A stretch of DNA of 64,000 nt from Trypanosoma brucei (taxonomy: Eukaryota). Below the pieces are notes generated by a model. It searched no databases. It was not told the origin of the DNA and saw only the letters and a list, made by a program, of their open reading frames with translations. The stretch covers positions 512,001 through 576,000 of the forward strand of contig AL929603.2 in the NCBI GenBank assembly GCA_000002445.1. The letters run 5' to 3'. The position numbers and the translations under genes were made by a program. Positions 44,101 to 54,814 of the stretch are shown here, piece by piece (position 1 is the first letter of the stretch; each line of letters opens with the position of its first letter).

Positions 44101-46473
44101 GGTTCTAACGGTGGTGGTGAAGAGGATATCCTCCCAGGTCTGGTAAGTGGTACGCGCTCGCTGATTTGTGACATTTACTTTCCCAAAGGGTGCCCACTGG
44201 AGTCGTGTCCATCAAAATGTGACAATGACCGCGCCATGGAAGTCGGTTGCCCCATTGTTTTTCTTGCACGCCTGGTGTGCTGGACAGGGGCTGCAACACA
44301 TGATCCGTGTCCTTATGTCTCCTCTCGTGCGGAGGAGGCACTCAGTTGTTTACCACCACTTAGCGCGGGCGGCTTCTTCACGCAGCCAACAACCCCGAGG
44401 GAGTCAGGTGCGGTAGAAAAATCGACAAAAGTGCCCAGTGACGCCAAAAGTAGGAGGTTTTTATCGATGCTTCGTAGCTCTGTAATTCGGGTTCTAAAAC
44501 GGGGAATGCGAGGGACAGGCAATCGTTCTGACGGTGCTGCATCACGAGGCAAGGCAGCCGGTGTGGAACGCGATCGTCGACTTAGTAATGAAAGTGGTGG
44601 CGTCGCGGACGTTCAGACTCTCGCGTGCGACGCTGTTTTACCACGCAGGATCGTTTCCACTGGTAGTGGTGCAGCTGTCGCATCCTTTGTTTTCACTCTT
44701 CTGGGTTTCCTGGACGAGCTGTTGCTAGTACCAATGGACGATGATGATCCACGAAATACCTTTAACCTTAGGAGGGACTTCTGCATGAGAGAGTACGTGC
44801 ACAAGGTGAGAAATGAATTGCGGCTGTCAGCGCCCCCCGCTGGTTATAGTGGTGATAGCTGTAACCTACCTGCGGTGCCATCCCCACCTCTCCCGACCTG
44901 GTCCCCACCAGTCTCTCACGTCGAGGGTGTAAAACCATTAGTTGACGAGGAAAGGGAACCGAGCGCCATGTTATCTCCCACTGGGAGCCAACTCCCCCTG
45001 ATCAACCTTTCGATAACTTCCGACACGAGCCTTGGGGCGTCGGCTTGGTCACACCCGGTCAGCAACGTTTCATTTGAGCATGACGGGCTTATCGGCGTGA
45101 TGGCATTCCACATGGCGGAACGGCATCTCGTAACGGGAACCTCTCATGGTACGGTGCAGGTTTGGTCGTGGAGCGCGGAAGAGCATCTCACCGCCATGGC
45201 TGGCCGTTCCTCTACTGCCCTGAGCGCGGCGTGCTCATTAACGGCGGCAACAGCGTCGGCAAGCACATCACCGGCCACATCAGTCGGTGTGGGTTCCACC
45301 TCTGTTCATGTGAAAGCGACGTGCCGGTGGATTTCAGATATTTGTGCCCCGGCGGTAACGTCGTGGGTTGATCCCGTTGCATTTGCCAGGACTACAACGC
45401 TGTATAATCAACAGCAGCAATCGGGTCCGCGAAAAAAGATGACCTCTGGGATCATTGCCAAGTCGTCGCACGGGTGGGTGGGGCTTCCGTGGAACATCCA
45501 TTCGGCCTGGCAGTGTCCTGAGGAAGATAGCCCGGTTATTTCCGAGCACTGTGCTACGAATTCTATCAAGTCGGTTACTGGATTACATTTTGTAGATGCC
45601 GCCTATCGCACGTTGTTGTGCGTAGTGGGTTCCTCGGGGTCGGTGCAGCTCTTCATGGACTACGCTGGTGGGACTGCAGTGAAGCGTGTCACCTCATTTG
45701 CGACTGCGGCATGCGGGGGGAGATGTGGCGGGGGTCGCATGCCTTGTCTTTCCTCCTATCATGTACCAGCGACTTTATTGCATGTAAGTGGGCCTGATGG
45801 GTTGATTGACTCATGGGATTTGGTGTGTGAGCACAAGGTTTTGGAGGGCATTGGTAGCCAACAGTCATCCTTTATTATGCCCTCTGTTATAACACCAAGC
45901 TCCACTGATGATTCAACCGTAGCTGTTGGCGCCGGTTCGGTTTACTTATTTGATCTGCGAAAACCCGCTCGGGCCACTTGTATTTTCCCTAGCAGCGCAG
46001 AGTCGGAGGATGACGCGGCAAAGCCGCCTGTAGGTGGTGCAGAAAATTCGAAGGGCACGTGCCTCCATATAAGTTTCCCTTATTGCTATCCCCATGTTAT
46101 TGTGACGGGATATGGTGGCGCGAAGGGGGTTGTAACGCTTTGGGATAAGCGGTTTCCCCGCGACCCTCTTCGGCAGGTGGTGGTGGCGGAGCCGGTTGCC
46201 CCCGCTTCATCGGCTTTACGCAATCCCGTGTGTCGAATGGATGTGCAGCCGTATCATCAAACCCTCTCAACCGTATCAGCGACTGCAGATGCGATTTTCA
46301 TTAGTGATGTTATGGAAGAGTCTGCAGTGAATGGACAGGCGAGGGCCTCGTACACGCGAGTGAAGGAACTCCCTGGTGCGGTGGCTTTTCATCCCATACT
46401 TCCGATTTGTGCTGTAGCGACTGGAGGGCCGCCGCGTATTTACGGTCGTAGCACGACATGTGTGTATGATTAG
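41182..46473 (+). CDS. RAPTOR: Raptor (regulatory-associated protein of TOR; TORC1 subunit) homologue
   Basis: 1763-aa ORF. N-terminal caspase-like RNC domain: 'KVIFHYGGYGVPRPQSGLIYLM' (human '[23 protein letters not shown]'), 'LVVVADCPNASELLRNF' (human 'IFVYDCSNAGLIVKSF'), 'SDILTSCLMTPLQMALLWFMVEN' (human 'DLFTSCLTTPIKIALRWFCMQ'), 'LFREDVVVAPLFRGFLLAERII' (human '[22 protein letters not shown]'). C-terminal WD40-like repeats ('GTSHGTVQVWSW', 'KGVVTLWDKR'). An alternative start at Met17 ('MNFWTV', 41230) is possible. Confidence 0.85.
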   Translation: MPCCLLPSRRFEPLRSMNFWTVPSVDDIPPNVSSGTDLEPRTAVEVEAVERRRWLRLVQEAWLRRGRRVPLSEREPPAGGIAAEAAVVPAATTAVVVSININPLLWGEEGDGNQEENSIQALDAPYVFGWRSLGLLPGDSFNILGELGKQLERRYQALSKRSLMVKHCHNTEVSRLHRGLMQCRERAGGRGKVIFHYGGYGVPRPQSGLIYLMEPSGSAVKCRTRTLFEKVGLPLVVVADCPNASELLRNFLRCQSSPKPEHNTGSDAEGDTSFAQGPPDADRPTLRVPHEGTAGVSSFDAGSEETCATSSVLSDFFFLGATFSGELPQHPKLPSDILTSCLMTPLQMALLWFMVENDSLTDIHPLLPFLIPGALDDKKTPLGQLHWATMAIMECIAWSSLPYKTFVHLFREDVVVAPLFRGFLLAERIITALGGEVCVYPPLPHMGNHPQWDSLDCIIGRTFVSLKRAVQPAPPTSLTTLEFREWLDWNVTKWRCEQRSMSLPSLGNRPVTVPDFLEEELRCLMAVAERVTEQSLFHCGGIAWHQCRRPGHIGPHRTGPRKVSIYRGMGEEAAVDPLLACSTGSNDLSGCGCSGGAFMRPFPSVAGLPMLLQGLLVVAHRDEAMKVLCRFIDAGLSAAAACAKVGIFDMALARFWSRSDLQHLLPSMLFVYAKACYADPSLAGLAWAQRSAVTTSCLKALERPFSLPSDPPAGPGLWQCKELGYWLESEGQRVLSSAILSMTSFSFDQDRKYLLESGALNLCSELLRDASVRVPLLQRGSAEVYINQSRGSRVQHHFVATTDAYAARLTTSITSLLALFVALTWKASALEPGAARPINAGTEGALTNGSGGEQKLGLEELASPLKTLHLLSWASSSIIRGAALKAISVTMSSSCTDEATSLRCIHIIVECANVLVAPREGNMSNRIDLVDIVFLSIRWLVRYLSAHMPMETVRASVQCASEKIYRASEAGEGGSNGGGEEDILPGLVSGTRSLICDIYFPKGCPLESCPSKCDNDRAMEVGCPIVFLARLVCWTGAATHDPCPYVSSRAEEALSCLPPLSAGGFFTQPTTPRESGAVEKSTKVPSDAKSRRFLSMLRSSVIRVLKRGMRGTGNRSDGAASRGKAAGVERDRRLSNESGGVADVQTLACDAVLPRRIVSTGSGAAVASFVFTLLGFLDELLLVPMDDDDPRNTFNLRRDFCMREYVHKVRNELRLSAPPAGYSGDSCNLPAVPSPPLPTWSPPVSHVEGVKPLVDEEREPSAMLSPTGSQLPLINLSITSDTSLGASAWSHPVSNVSFEHDGLIGVMAFHMAERHLVTGTSHGTVQVWSWSAEEHLTAMAGRSSTALSAACSLTAATASASTSPATSVGVGSTSVHVKATCRWISDICAPAVTSWVDPVAFARTTTLYNQQQQSGPRKKMTSGIIAKSSHGWVGLPWNIHSAWQCPEEDSPVISEHCATNSIKSVTGLHFVDAAYRTLLCVVGSSGSVQLFMDYAGGTAVKRVTSFATAACGGRCGGGRMPCLSSYHVPATLLHVSGPDGLIDSWDLVCEHKVLEGIGSQQSSFIMPSVITPSSTDDSTVAVGAGSVYLFDLRKPARATCIFPSSAESEDDAAKPPVGGAENSKGTCLHISFPYCYPHVIVTGYGGAKGVVTLWDKRFPRDPLRQVVVAEPVAPASSALRNPVCRMDVQPYHQTLSTVSATADAIFISDVMEESAVNGQARASYTRVKELPGAVAFHPILPICAVATGGPPRIYGRSTTCVYD

Positions 46474-48148
46474 CAAGGAAAAGGAAAAGAAAAGAGGAAT
46501 ATAAAACGTTGGTTCCTCGGTGTGTCACGCTACTCGGAGGGGGGGGGGTTATGTGGAGGGAAGTGGGGAGACTGTTTGTCGTTATTTGTTACTAGTGTTA
46601 TTAGTGTTTTTCCTCTCTTGAGAAGTTTTGTTCTTTTGGCTTGGTTTTGCAATTTTTTGTTTTCGGTATTGCGAGACTCCCCCATATCACTTTATATGAA
46701 CGAAGAGACGATCAAAAAAAGAAAAAAAAGAGGAAAGGCAGAGGTACATCATTTTACCTCTATTTTTTGTTTTGTTTTGTATCCCATGCTGCTGCGGTTG
46801 TCTTGTGTATACCTTCCGTTAGTTTCTACTGAAAGGTGATTCCCATGAAGGACAGGGGGGGGAGGGGAATTGCCCATTCATTTTGACACACGTCGCTCAA
46901 ATCGAAGGTTTACCGCCGCACCATGGCGTGTTTAACGTCTCTCCCCACACCCACCTAATCAAGTTCCTCTCACTGCTTTTTATCTCTCATCACATGTCTC
47001 TTTTCATTTTTTTTGTACTTTATTATTATTATTAATATTATTAGTAGTTTTATTTCTCCCTCATTACCCTTGTGCTACGTCTGGTTTATATCCGTGTCGG
47101 TGTCACTGTTTGTTTCAACTTCTTTTTTTTTTCTGTTGTTGTTGTTTTGTCGTTGTTGTTGTTTCGCTGGAGGCGTGGTGTATCTCTGTCTTGTTTCTGT
47201 TTTTCCTTTTGGTTTCTCTGCGAAAATTTATCGTGCCGATGTGCTCTCTGGTCCACTTTTCCTCACTTTTTTTTTCTGTTTGCTATTGTTATTGTTGCCT
47301 ATTCGGTTTGCATCCGCATTATTCTACTCTTCTTTCCTCTCCAAACACACGCGCGCACACACATTAATAATAATGTGCAGTACACATATGTATGTATATA
47401 TGAATATGAACTTTTCAGTTTTCCCTTGGCTCTTCTTTTTTTCTTCTTCTTTTTCCTTCCTTTCCTCGCACACAGGTGAGTTTTGTTATTTGCGTTCATA
47501 TATTGTTTATTTGTACATGTGTTGGAAACTCTGAGGCAGTAAAAGGTGGAAAAAAAAGCCTTTCTTTTTAAAAGAAAAAAAGGCACGTATACATATATTT
47601 ATTTGTTCACACCTATGCGTTTGTATCTACAGGGGAGAGAGAAAGAAAGAAAGAAAAACGCGGAGAGAATAGTATATGAAATAAAAATAAATGAGGGGCG
47701 ACATGTTTCCGGTGGCTGCGTGTCGGCTCTTCCACTTCGACTCTGTTTTGTTTTGTTTTGTTGTTTTCATCTTCATTTTTGGTCCCTTCGCTCGGTTTTT
47801 CATGCCAGTTTCCTCACGTTATATTATGTTTCCTCTCCATTGCCTTTCATGAACCTCGAGGCGGAGAAATAGCTCCACTTCCGGCCACAATTCTTGGCCA
47901 CTTGGGGAAGGGGGGGATTTTATCTATACAATTTGTTTCTTTTTTTCCACTTTTTTCCTTCATTTATTTACAAAATGTGTAAGCATTTTTTGATCTCCTT
48001 CTCTTACTTCATAAGTTTTCTCCACGGTAAAGTAACGAACGGAAAGGAAAAGAAGAAAAAAAAACGACGGAATAGGAAGAGAAAGAAGAAGAAGAGGGGA
48101 CAGTTACCGACACCGTTTGGTCGAAACAATTAGCGGGGAGGAGAGTCC

Positions 48149-49120
48149 TTGGAAACGTTACTGATGGGTAGTCCTGCTGCGCCATACAATAGTGCCGTAT
48201 GCGCTGTGCAAAAACTGATTAACAAGTTGGAGGATGAAATGCATGAGGCCGTCACTAAAGTACTTGTTGAAAATAACATCAAACTGAACGAGCACTACAG
48301 CGCCCGGCACGAGGTGATCACAAATGCCATTAAAAACGGTAAACTTCCGACCACATTTTGGGCAGACGCCATCATTGCCGTCCTTCGAGATGCGCATGTT
48401 GAAGAGGATCGGGATGGCAGCCGCGCCGCGGGAAATGATGCTGAAGATGATGATGATGATGGAAATCAACTGGGCACTTTTGATGAGGCGCTGCTTCGGA
48501 AACACCTGAAGGATATGATGGTGACATACAAGGAGACGGGTTCTCGTTTGTCCTTAACATTTTCACCCAACCCATTTTTCGAAGAGACAGAGCTTTGGAT
48601 TGAAGAAAACCAATTGAATAACGAGGGCTCCAAAAACAATGATGATGATAATAATAATAATAATAATGATAGTGATGGCGGTGGTGGTGGCGATTTCTAT
48701 AAAACGTATGAGGTGTCGGATATTACGTGGAAGCCGGACCATGGCCCAAACTTCGATGATAATGACGGTGATGGTGGTGGTGGCGAGAAACGATCCGGCT
48801 CGAAGCGGGGCCGCTCAAATATGGATCCCACAAGACATGGGTGGAGTTTCCTCAACATGTTCAGTAAAATTCCACCTCATCCATTAGATGATTATTATGA
48901 TGATGATTTTTATGATGATAATGATGATGATGATGATGATGATGATAAGAAGTGGATTGAGGAAGCCATAGATATATGGGAAGAGGATATGGACGAGCGG
49001 GAGCAATTGTTTCGATTTCTGGTTCGAGAGGTCTGGTCGGATCCACTCGAGGCAGCGGCTGAGAAAGGAAGCGACAATGGAGCCGGAACATCACCCGAAA
49101 AGCCAAACAAACACGAATGA
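48149..49120 (+). CDS. Nucleosome assembly protein (NAP/SET family) histone chaperone with extended acidic tracts
   Basis: 323-aa ORF. NAP-domain features: 'KLINKLEDEMHEAVTKVL', 'LPTTFWADAIIAVLRDA', 'HLKDMMVTYKETGSRLSLTFSPNPFFEETELW', 'YKTYEVSDITWKPDHGPNF', 'HGWSFLNMFS'. Acidic low-complexity insertions ('DDDNNNNNNDSDGGGGGD', 'DDNDDDDDDDDKKW'). Confidence 0.75.
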   Translation: METLLMGSPAAPYNSAVCAVQKLINKLEDEMHEAVTKVLVENNIKLNEHYSARHEVITNAIKNGKLPTTFWADAIIAVLRDAHVEEDRDGSRAAGNDAEDDDDDGNQLGTFDEALLRKHLKDMMVTYKETGSRLSLTFSPNPFFEETELWIEENQLNNEGSKNNDDDNNNNNNDSDGGGGGDFYKTYEVSDITWKPDHGPNFDDNDGDGGGGEKRSGSKRGRSNMDPTRHGWSFLNMFSKIPPHPLDDYYDDDFYDDNDDDDDDDDKKWIEEAIDIWEEDMDEREQLFRFLVREVWSDPLEAAAEKGSDNGAGTSPEKPNKHE

Positions 49121-50243
49121 GGTCATACAATGGGAAATATAGCGGGGGGGAGAGATAAGGAGTGCCTGGGCGTTAGAAGCATAGACACATACGCACACAA
49201 CATAAATATAAATAAATATATATTAGTATATTTACGTATATTTATGTATATGTGTCTGGAGGTTGTCCTGTTTTTTGTTTTTGTTTTCATTTTTCTTAAG
49301 GTGGGAAAGGGATGATGGGGAAATAGAATATTAGCATTCAAATATTTCTCCATCATCCCTTTCTCTCTCTTCTGGTTTCTTGTCTTCCTTCCCCTGCCCA
49401 TTTGTTGCGGGGTGGGGCGGGTTTAAGTACATTATTTGGGTCGTTGGTGTGGTTAATTCCGCGTTGGAGGCCATGCCTTAGGTGCCGTGATGTGGTGTAG
49501 CAGTGGAAAGCGAAACTTCATTCTGTTTGTTTTCGTTTTTTTTTTTTCTTCTTCTTCTTCTTCTTTCCACACACCTTGCAAGTGGAATAACTTCGATGGA
49601 TGGATGCAGTTGACGAAAATTAATATGACGAATTTGTTCGCAGTGTTTTATGCGCCACTGCCGTATGGTGCATTTATGAGAGGACTCTTCTGATTGATAA
49701 TTTTTTTTTAAAAAAAGAAAAAGAAAAAGAAGAAAAAACGAGATGGAAAAAAGAAGGATGGATGGGAATTTTTTAAAAAAAAAACAAAACAAAACAAAAC
49801 AGGGACGCAGCACGCCTGCCTGGTCCCGTCTTTGTGTTTCACTTTTTCCCTTCCTTTTCTTCGTCTTATTTCCAAATCGAACTCTTCTTTTTTTTTTTCT
49901 TTTCATTTTACCGCCCGTGTATGGTTCCACCTGCTGCACGTATAATCACACCTCAATTTGTTAACCACCCTCAATTATTTAGTTTCTGTGCCTTTACTTT
50001 TAATCTCTTCATTATTTGTTGCTTCTCTTCTCGTCCCTTTTCACTGTATGACCATGCTTGAATTACTTGCAACTTACACAATACAAATTTCACACATTTA
50101 AATATGGAAGGTGGAAAAAAAAAAGAAAAAGAAACAAATAATAAACACTACGTTAAGGGCGAACGAATTTGAGGAAGAAGAAGGAGGAGGAGATTTACAC
50201 AAACAAGACAGCAAAATAAAGAAAAAGAAATAAGAAAATAAAA

Positions 50244-50615
50244 ATGGGTTGTGGTGGCTCAAAGACTTCTACGGTTGAGTTTATTAATGGACAGCCGACT
50301 GTTCAGGGCGATGAAATTGTAAAGGGTTTTAATGAAGGAAATGGTCTCCTCTTCCGAATTGTTAAAACACGCGCTGGTCGCTGGGCGTATTATAACGATA
50401 CGTTGGATTATGACATGCATGTGAAAGTTACCTTTAGCGAGGACTGCAGAATTAAGGCACTTGGACAAACGAGACTTGAGAAATTGGAAAGCGGTGAAAG
50501 TGTGGCAACTGTTGTGGTAAAACCATGCGCAACAGAATTATTTATTGAAGGACATGTGAATGGATATAAGGCAAAAATGGATGCCATTCCCATTACTGAT
50601 GGAGACAGGCAATAG
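50244..50615 (+). CDS. Small kinetoplastid calpain-related protein (SKCRP), N-terminal MGCGGS dual-acylation motif; paralogue A
   Basis: 123-aa ORF 'MGCGGSKTSTVEFINGQPTVQGDEIVKGFNEGNGLLFRIVKTRAGRWAYYNDTLDYDMHVKVTF...VVVKPCATELFIEGHVNGYKAKMDAIPITDGDRQ' is domain I(K) only. 'MGCGGS' is identical to the start of the CAP5.5-type calpain N-terminus. Confidence 0.82.
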   Translation: MGCGGSKTSTVEFINGQPTVQGDEIVKGFNEGNGLLFRIVKTRAGRWAYYNDTLDYDMHVKVTFSEDCRIKALGQTRLEKLESGESVATVVVKPCATELFIEGHVNGYKAKMDAIPITDGDRQ

Positions 50616-51157
50616 TAGGGTTGGATGATGTAATGGGGATATATATATATATATATATATTTAAATATATATCAATTTTATGTTTTTTCTTTAAAACAAA
50701 AAAAAAAGAAAGGAAATCTCCTTTATCTCCTCCTCCCTTTTTTTTTACACAATTTTATTATTATTATTATTATTGTTGTTGTTGTTAACTCTATTTATTT
50801 ATTGTGTCGATGTTTTCATTTTTCAAAATGGTGTGTTGTATAGGAGTGGTACGAATAACGAGCGAGACGAAGATAATAAGCATCCATTGATGTTAGTGAT
50901 GTTACCTGTTATTATTATTTTTATTATTGTGACGTTCAGTGGGATAAATGCTTTTGTTTTGTTTATCGAGTTTCATTTTTTGTTGTTGTTCTTGTTATTG
51001 GTGTTCATTTGTTTTTATGGTTGTTTTATTTAATTATTATTTTTATTAATATTATTTTGATCTTCGTGATTTTATTTTATTTTTTTTTTCTCCCTCTTTC
51101 TTTTTACCCTTCCACCGTATATTGAAAAAGCGCATGTTGTTATAATTATTATAATAA

Positions 51158-51189
<32 letters not shown>

Positions 51190-51270
51190 CCGTTGACTTT
51201 TTGTTGTATTTTTCATGTGGCCGCGTAGGGAAGTAAAAAATAAAGAAAGAAGACACGGAGAGAAAACACT

Positions 51271-51301
<31 letters not shown>

Positions 51302-52976
51302 AACAATCAATAAAACTTCTAAAATACAAGCAAAAAAAGGAGGGGGAAAAAATAATAATAATAATAATAAATATATAAATAAATAACAAATGAACAACAG
51401 CTTTTCAGTGGTCGCCTCAGCTAACCAAACATTACCACCGTTGTTGCGAGTAGAGAAGTGTATGAAATAAATGAATACACGGATGAATTATTTTACCTTT
51501 TCTACACTTTTTATATTTGTTTTTTGTTCGTTTGTTTGTTTCCAAAAAAAAAAAGAAGTAAAGAAAGATGGCGATGAATGAATGAATGAAAATGAAGCGT
51601 TCAGTAAAAAAACGGAGAGAAGATAAGAAAATGAAATGAAATGATAGAGAGAAAGAGAAAGAGAGAAAGGAAAAAAGAAAGGAAGGAAGGAGGAGAAAAG
51701 AAAATGTGTGTGAGTGTTTGTGTGTTTTCTTTTTTTGTTTTTTCGTTAGCGCTGTTATTTTGTTATGTTCATTTCCTTTTTATGATTCCACACTTGACCA
51801 TCCTCCTCCTCTGTTGTTGTTGTTGTTTTTTCCCCCTTTTTTTTCTTTTTTTTCTTGGGGAAGCAATTAATGTTGTTTTGTTTGTTTTTGCGCACTTTAT
51901 TATCATTATTATTATTATTATTATTATTTCCCGCATGTGATGTGAAACCAACAAAAATATCACAAAGGCGGGGAGAAAACAACAACAACAAATGAAAGCA
52001 CAAAATAAAAAAAATAAAAAAAAGAGTGTTTGGGACCCCATTAGAAGGATGAAAGAAAAGGAGAGTGAATGAATAAAATCAGAATATAGACATAGAAATG
52101 AGGAGAAAAAGGGGCTAAATAAGACGCATGTATGTGTGGAGGAAGGGAGGGAGAGAGAGAAATATATATATATATATATATAACAAAAATGGCGGAACGA
52201 TTCTTTAAAAAAAAAAAGACAAGAAAAAGTTTAAACGGTGGGTTTACACGCACACGAGCATGCAAAAAAAAAAAGTTTCTTATTTATTATTTTTTATTTC
52301 TTTTTTTTTTCTCTTTTTTTTTTTTAATCATTTGTTGTGTTTCACCGTGGTTCGCCTGGTTTTTATCTTCTTTGTTACATTTATTATTTTATCGTGTCAC
52401 ACCCCTCGTCCTGTTATTTCCATAATTGCCTTTTCAAAAGATGAAATTCCCAACCTTTTTATTTTAATTTCATGTTTCTTTTCTTTTCTGACTCTTTTCT
52501 CTTTCCGTATCTTATTCTATTTTTGTTTTTGTTTTGCGAAATAACGAAAATACATCGCAAAATAAAATAAATAAATATTAACACAATCTGGTAAACTCAG
52601 GGATTATTTTAGTCACTACAGTTACCACCACAACAACAACAACAAAGAACTATTACGATAAATATTTGTTAACAAAGGGGGAAATATAGTAATAAATATT
52701 ATTATTATCATTATTATTATTACTCTCGTTAGTGCTAGCAAAAGAAATATATATATTTGCCTTATTTGCACAAAAGAAGTCACACGCAAATATTCACTAG
52801 CGCAAGCAAACATAAGTTAAAATAAAGAAAGAAAAAAGGGAACACATTCATATAAAGATAAACTACAAAAACACAGCAGAGAAAGGAAGAAAAGTAGGAT
52901 AGAAAGGGAAGGGGAAAAAGTAATTCCAAAAGAGTAAGAAAATAAATAAAAAGAAAAAAGAAAAAAGAAAATAAAA

Positions 52977-53366
52977 ATGGGTTGCGGTGGCTCAACGACT
53001 TCCGTCACATTCATCAACGGCCGGCCGACTGTTCAGGGCGATGAAATTGCGAAGGGTTTTAATGAAGGAAATGGTCTCCTCTTCCGAATTGTTAACTCAA
53101 GCACTGGTCGCTGGGCGTATTATAACGATACGTTGGATTATGACATGCATGTGAAAGTTACCTTTAGCGAGGACTGCAAAATTAAGGCACTTGGAAAGGC
53201 AAAGTTGGAGCGTTTGAGCTCTGGTGAAAGTGTGGTGACTGTTGTGGTAAAACCATGCGCAACAGAATTATTTATTGAAGGCACTGTGAATGGATATAAG
53301 GCAAAAATGGATGCCATTCCCATTACTGATGGAGACAGGCGCCGCAGGGGATCTGGCAGGAAATAA
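52977..53366 (+). CDS. Small kinetoplastid calpain-related protein (SKCRP), MGCGGS motif; paralogue B with basic C-terminal extension
   Basis: 129-aa ORF, about 90% identical to the 50244 ORF. Long internal stretches are nucleotide-identical (e.g. 'ccgactgttcagggcgatgaaattg', 'ggttttaatgaaggaaatggtctcctcttccgaattgtta', 'ggtcgctgggcgtattataacgatacgttggattatgacatgcatgtgaaagttacctttagcgaggactgca'). It ends '...DGDRRRRGSGRK' versus '...DGDRQ' in paralogue A. Confidence 0.82.
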   Translation: MGCGGSTTSVTFINGRPTVQGDEIAKGFNEGNGLLFRIVNSSTGRWAYYNDTLDYDMHVKVTFSEDCKIKALGKAKLERLSSGESVVTVVVKPCATELFIEGTVNGYKAKMDAIPITDGDRRRRGSGRK

Positions 53367-54783
53367 GGAAATTGCAAGAAATATGCAAGAAAAGAAAAGA
53401 AAAGAAAAGAAAATGCACACAAACACAAAGCACACAAAGAGGTAAATGAGAATGAGAATGAGAGTAGAGGAAGTCAAATATTTGTTTTTTTTTATTTATT
53501 TCGTTTGCATTCTTTCTTAGAAGAGTGAGTTGTTTTCTCTCTTTTCTTTTTATGATTGTTGTCTTGACAGATGTTATGGCCGTGTTATTAAGCATATTAA
53601 AGAAAAGGAAGAGAGGAGAGGAGAGGAAAAGAGGGAGAGAGAAAAGAGGGAATACAGGAGAGGGTAAGGGGAATGGAAGAGAAGGGAATACAAATGAAAA
53701 ATAAAAAAAAAGAAGGGGGGGGGAAAAAATACAAGACGTTCAACATGAAATAAAATAAAATGAAAGGTAAATAAAAGCAATTTATGGGGCGACACGGCGC
53801 TGTTTCCGCCCATCTTCCCCACCCCCATCCCTCACATTTTTTTTTCTTGTATTGATTCATCCTGTTTTTTATTGTTACTATTTATTCATGCTGTTTTGTT
53901 TTTTTTTTTTTGTACTTATGAGTTGAGAAGGAGAGAAACAACAACGAATACCAAAAATAAATAAATAAAAAATATACTTGCACGTATGCATGCATGCATC
54001 TTTATTTTGTTTTTGTTTTTGTTTTTGTTGTTGTTGTTGTTGTGTTTCGTATATATGTATATATATATATATGTCTGTATCTCTATCTCTATCTCTCTCT
54101 CTCATTTTCACTCCATATCATTCTTCAATTATGTCAAGTCATGTCTCATCATGTCTTGTCTCTTCCCCATTTTATTTTTCTCTTTTTTCGGTCTTGTATT
54201 CGACCGCAATTTGTTTGTTTGTTTGTTTTGGCACCTTCTTTTTTCTTTTTTTTTCTTTTTTTCTTTTGAATTCTGTTAACCATTCAAAAGAAGGAGTTTT
54301 TTTTTCTTCTTTGGAAGAAGGAGAAGGAGAAGGAAAGAAAAGAAAAGAAAAGGAAGAAAAAAAAAAGAAGGATCAAAAAGAGATCAGACATGTACACAGT
54401 GGGACGTGGGGGAAAGGAATATTAGGCACGCATTAATGCATGAATTGAATAAATTATTCAATCATTATTTCATATCAGTGCATAAGAAAGTTAAAAGAGA
54501 AAAAGAAGGGGAGGAGATGGAAAAAGAAAAAAAGAAAAAAGAAAAAAATAAGAGGTGTGATGAATATGAAATGAAAAAGAATGAAATAAAACGAATATGT
54601 GCGCACGAGGCAATTTATTAGGGGGAAAAAGAAACAGAGAGAGGGGGGAATAGGGCCGAGGGGACGGAATTTTAAGCGCTTGCTGAAAGGTTTCAGTCGC
54701 AAAAGTCTAATGATATATTAAATGGGTGAAGGGAAAGGAAGGGAAGCCCCCCCCCCAAAAAAAAAAAAAAGAAAGAAATGTCT

Positions 54784-54814
<31 letters not shown>

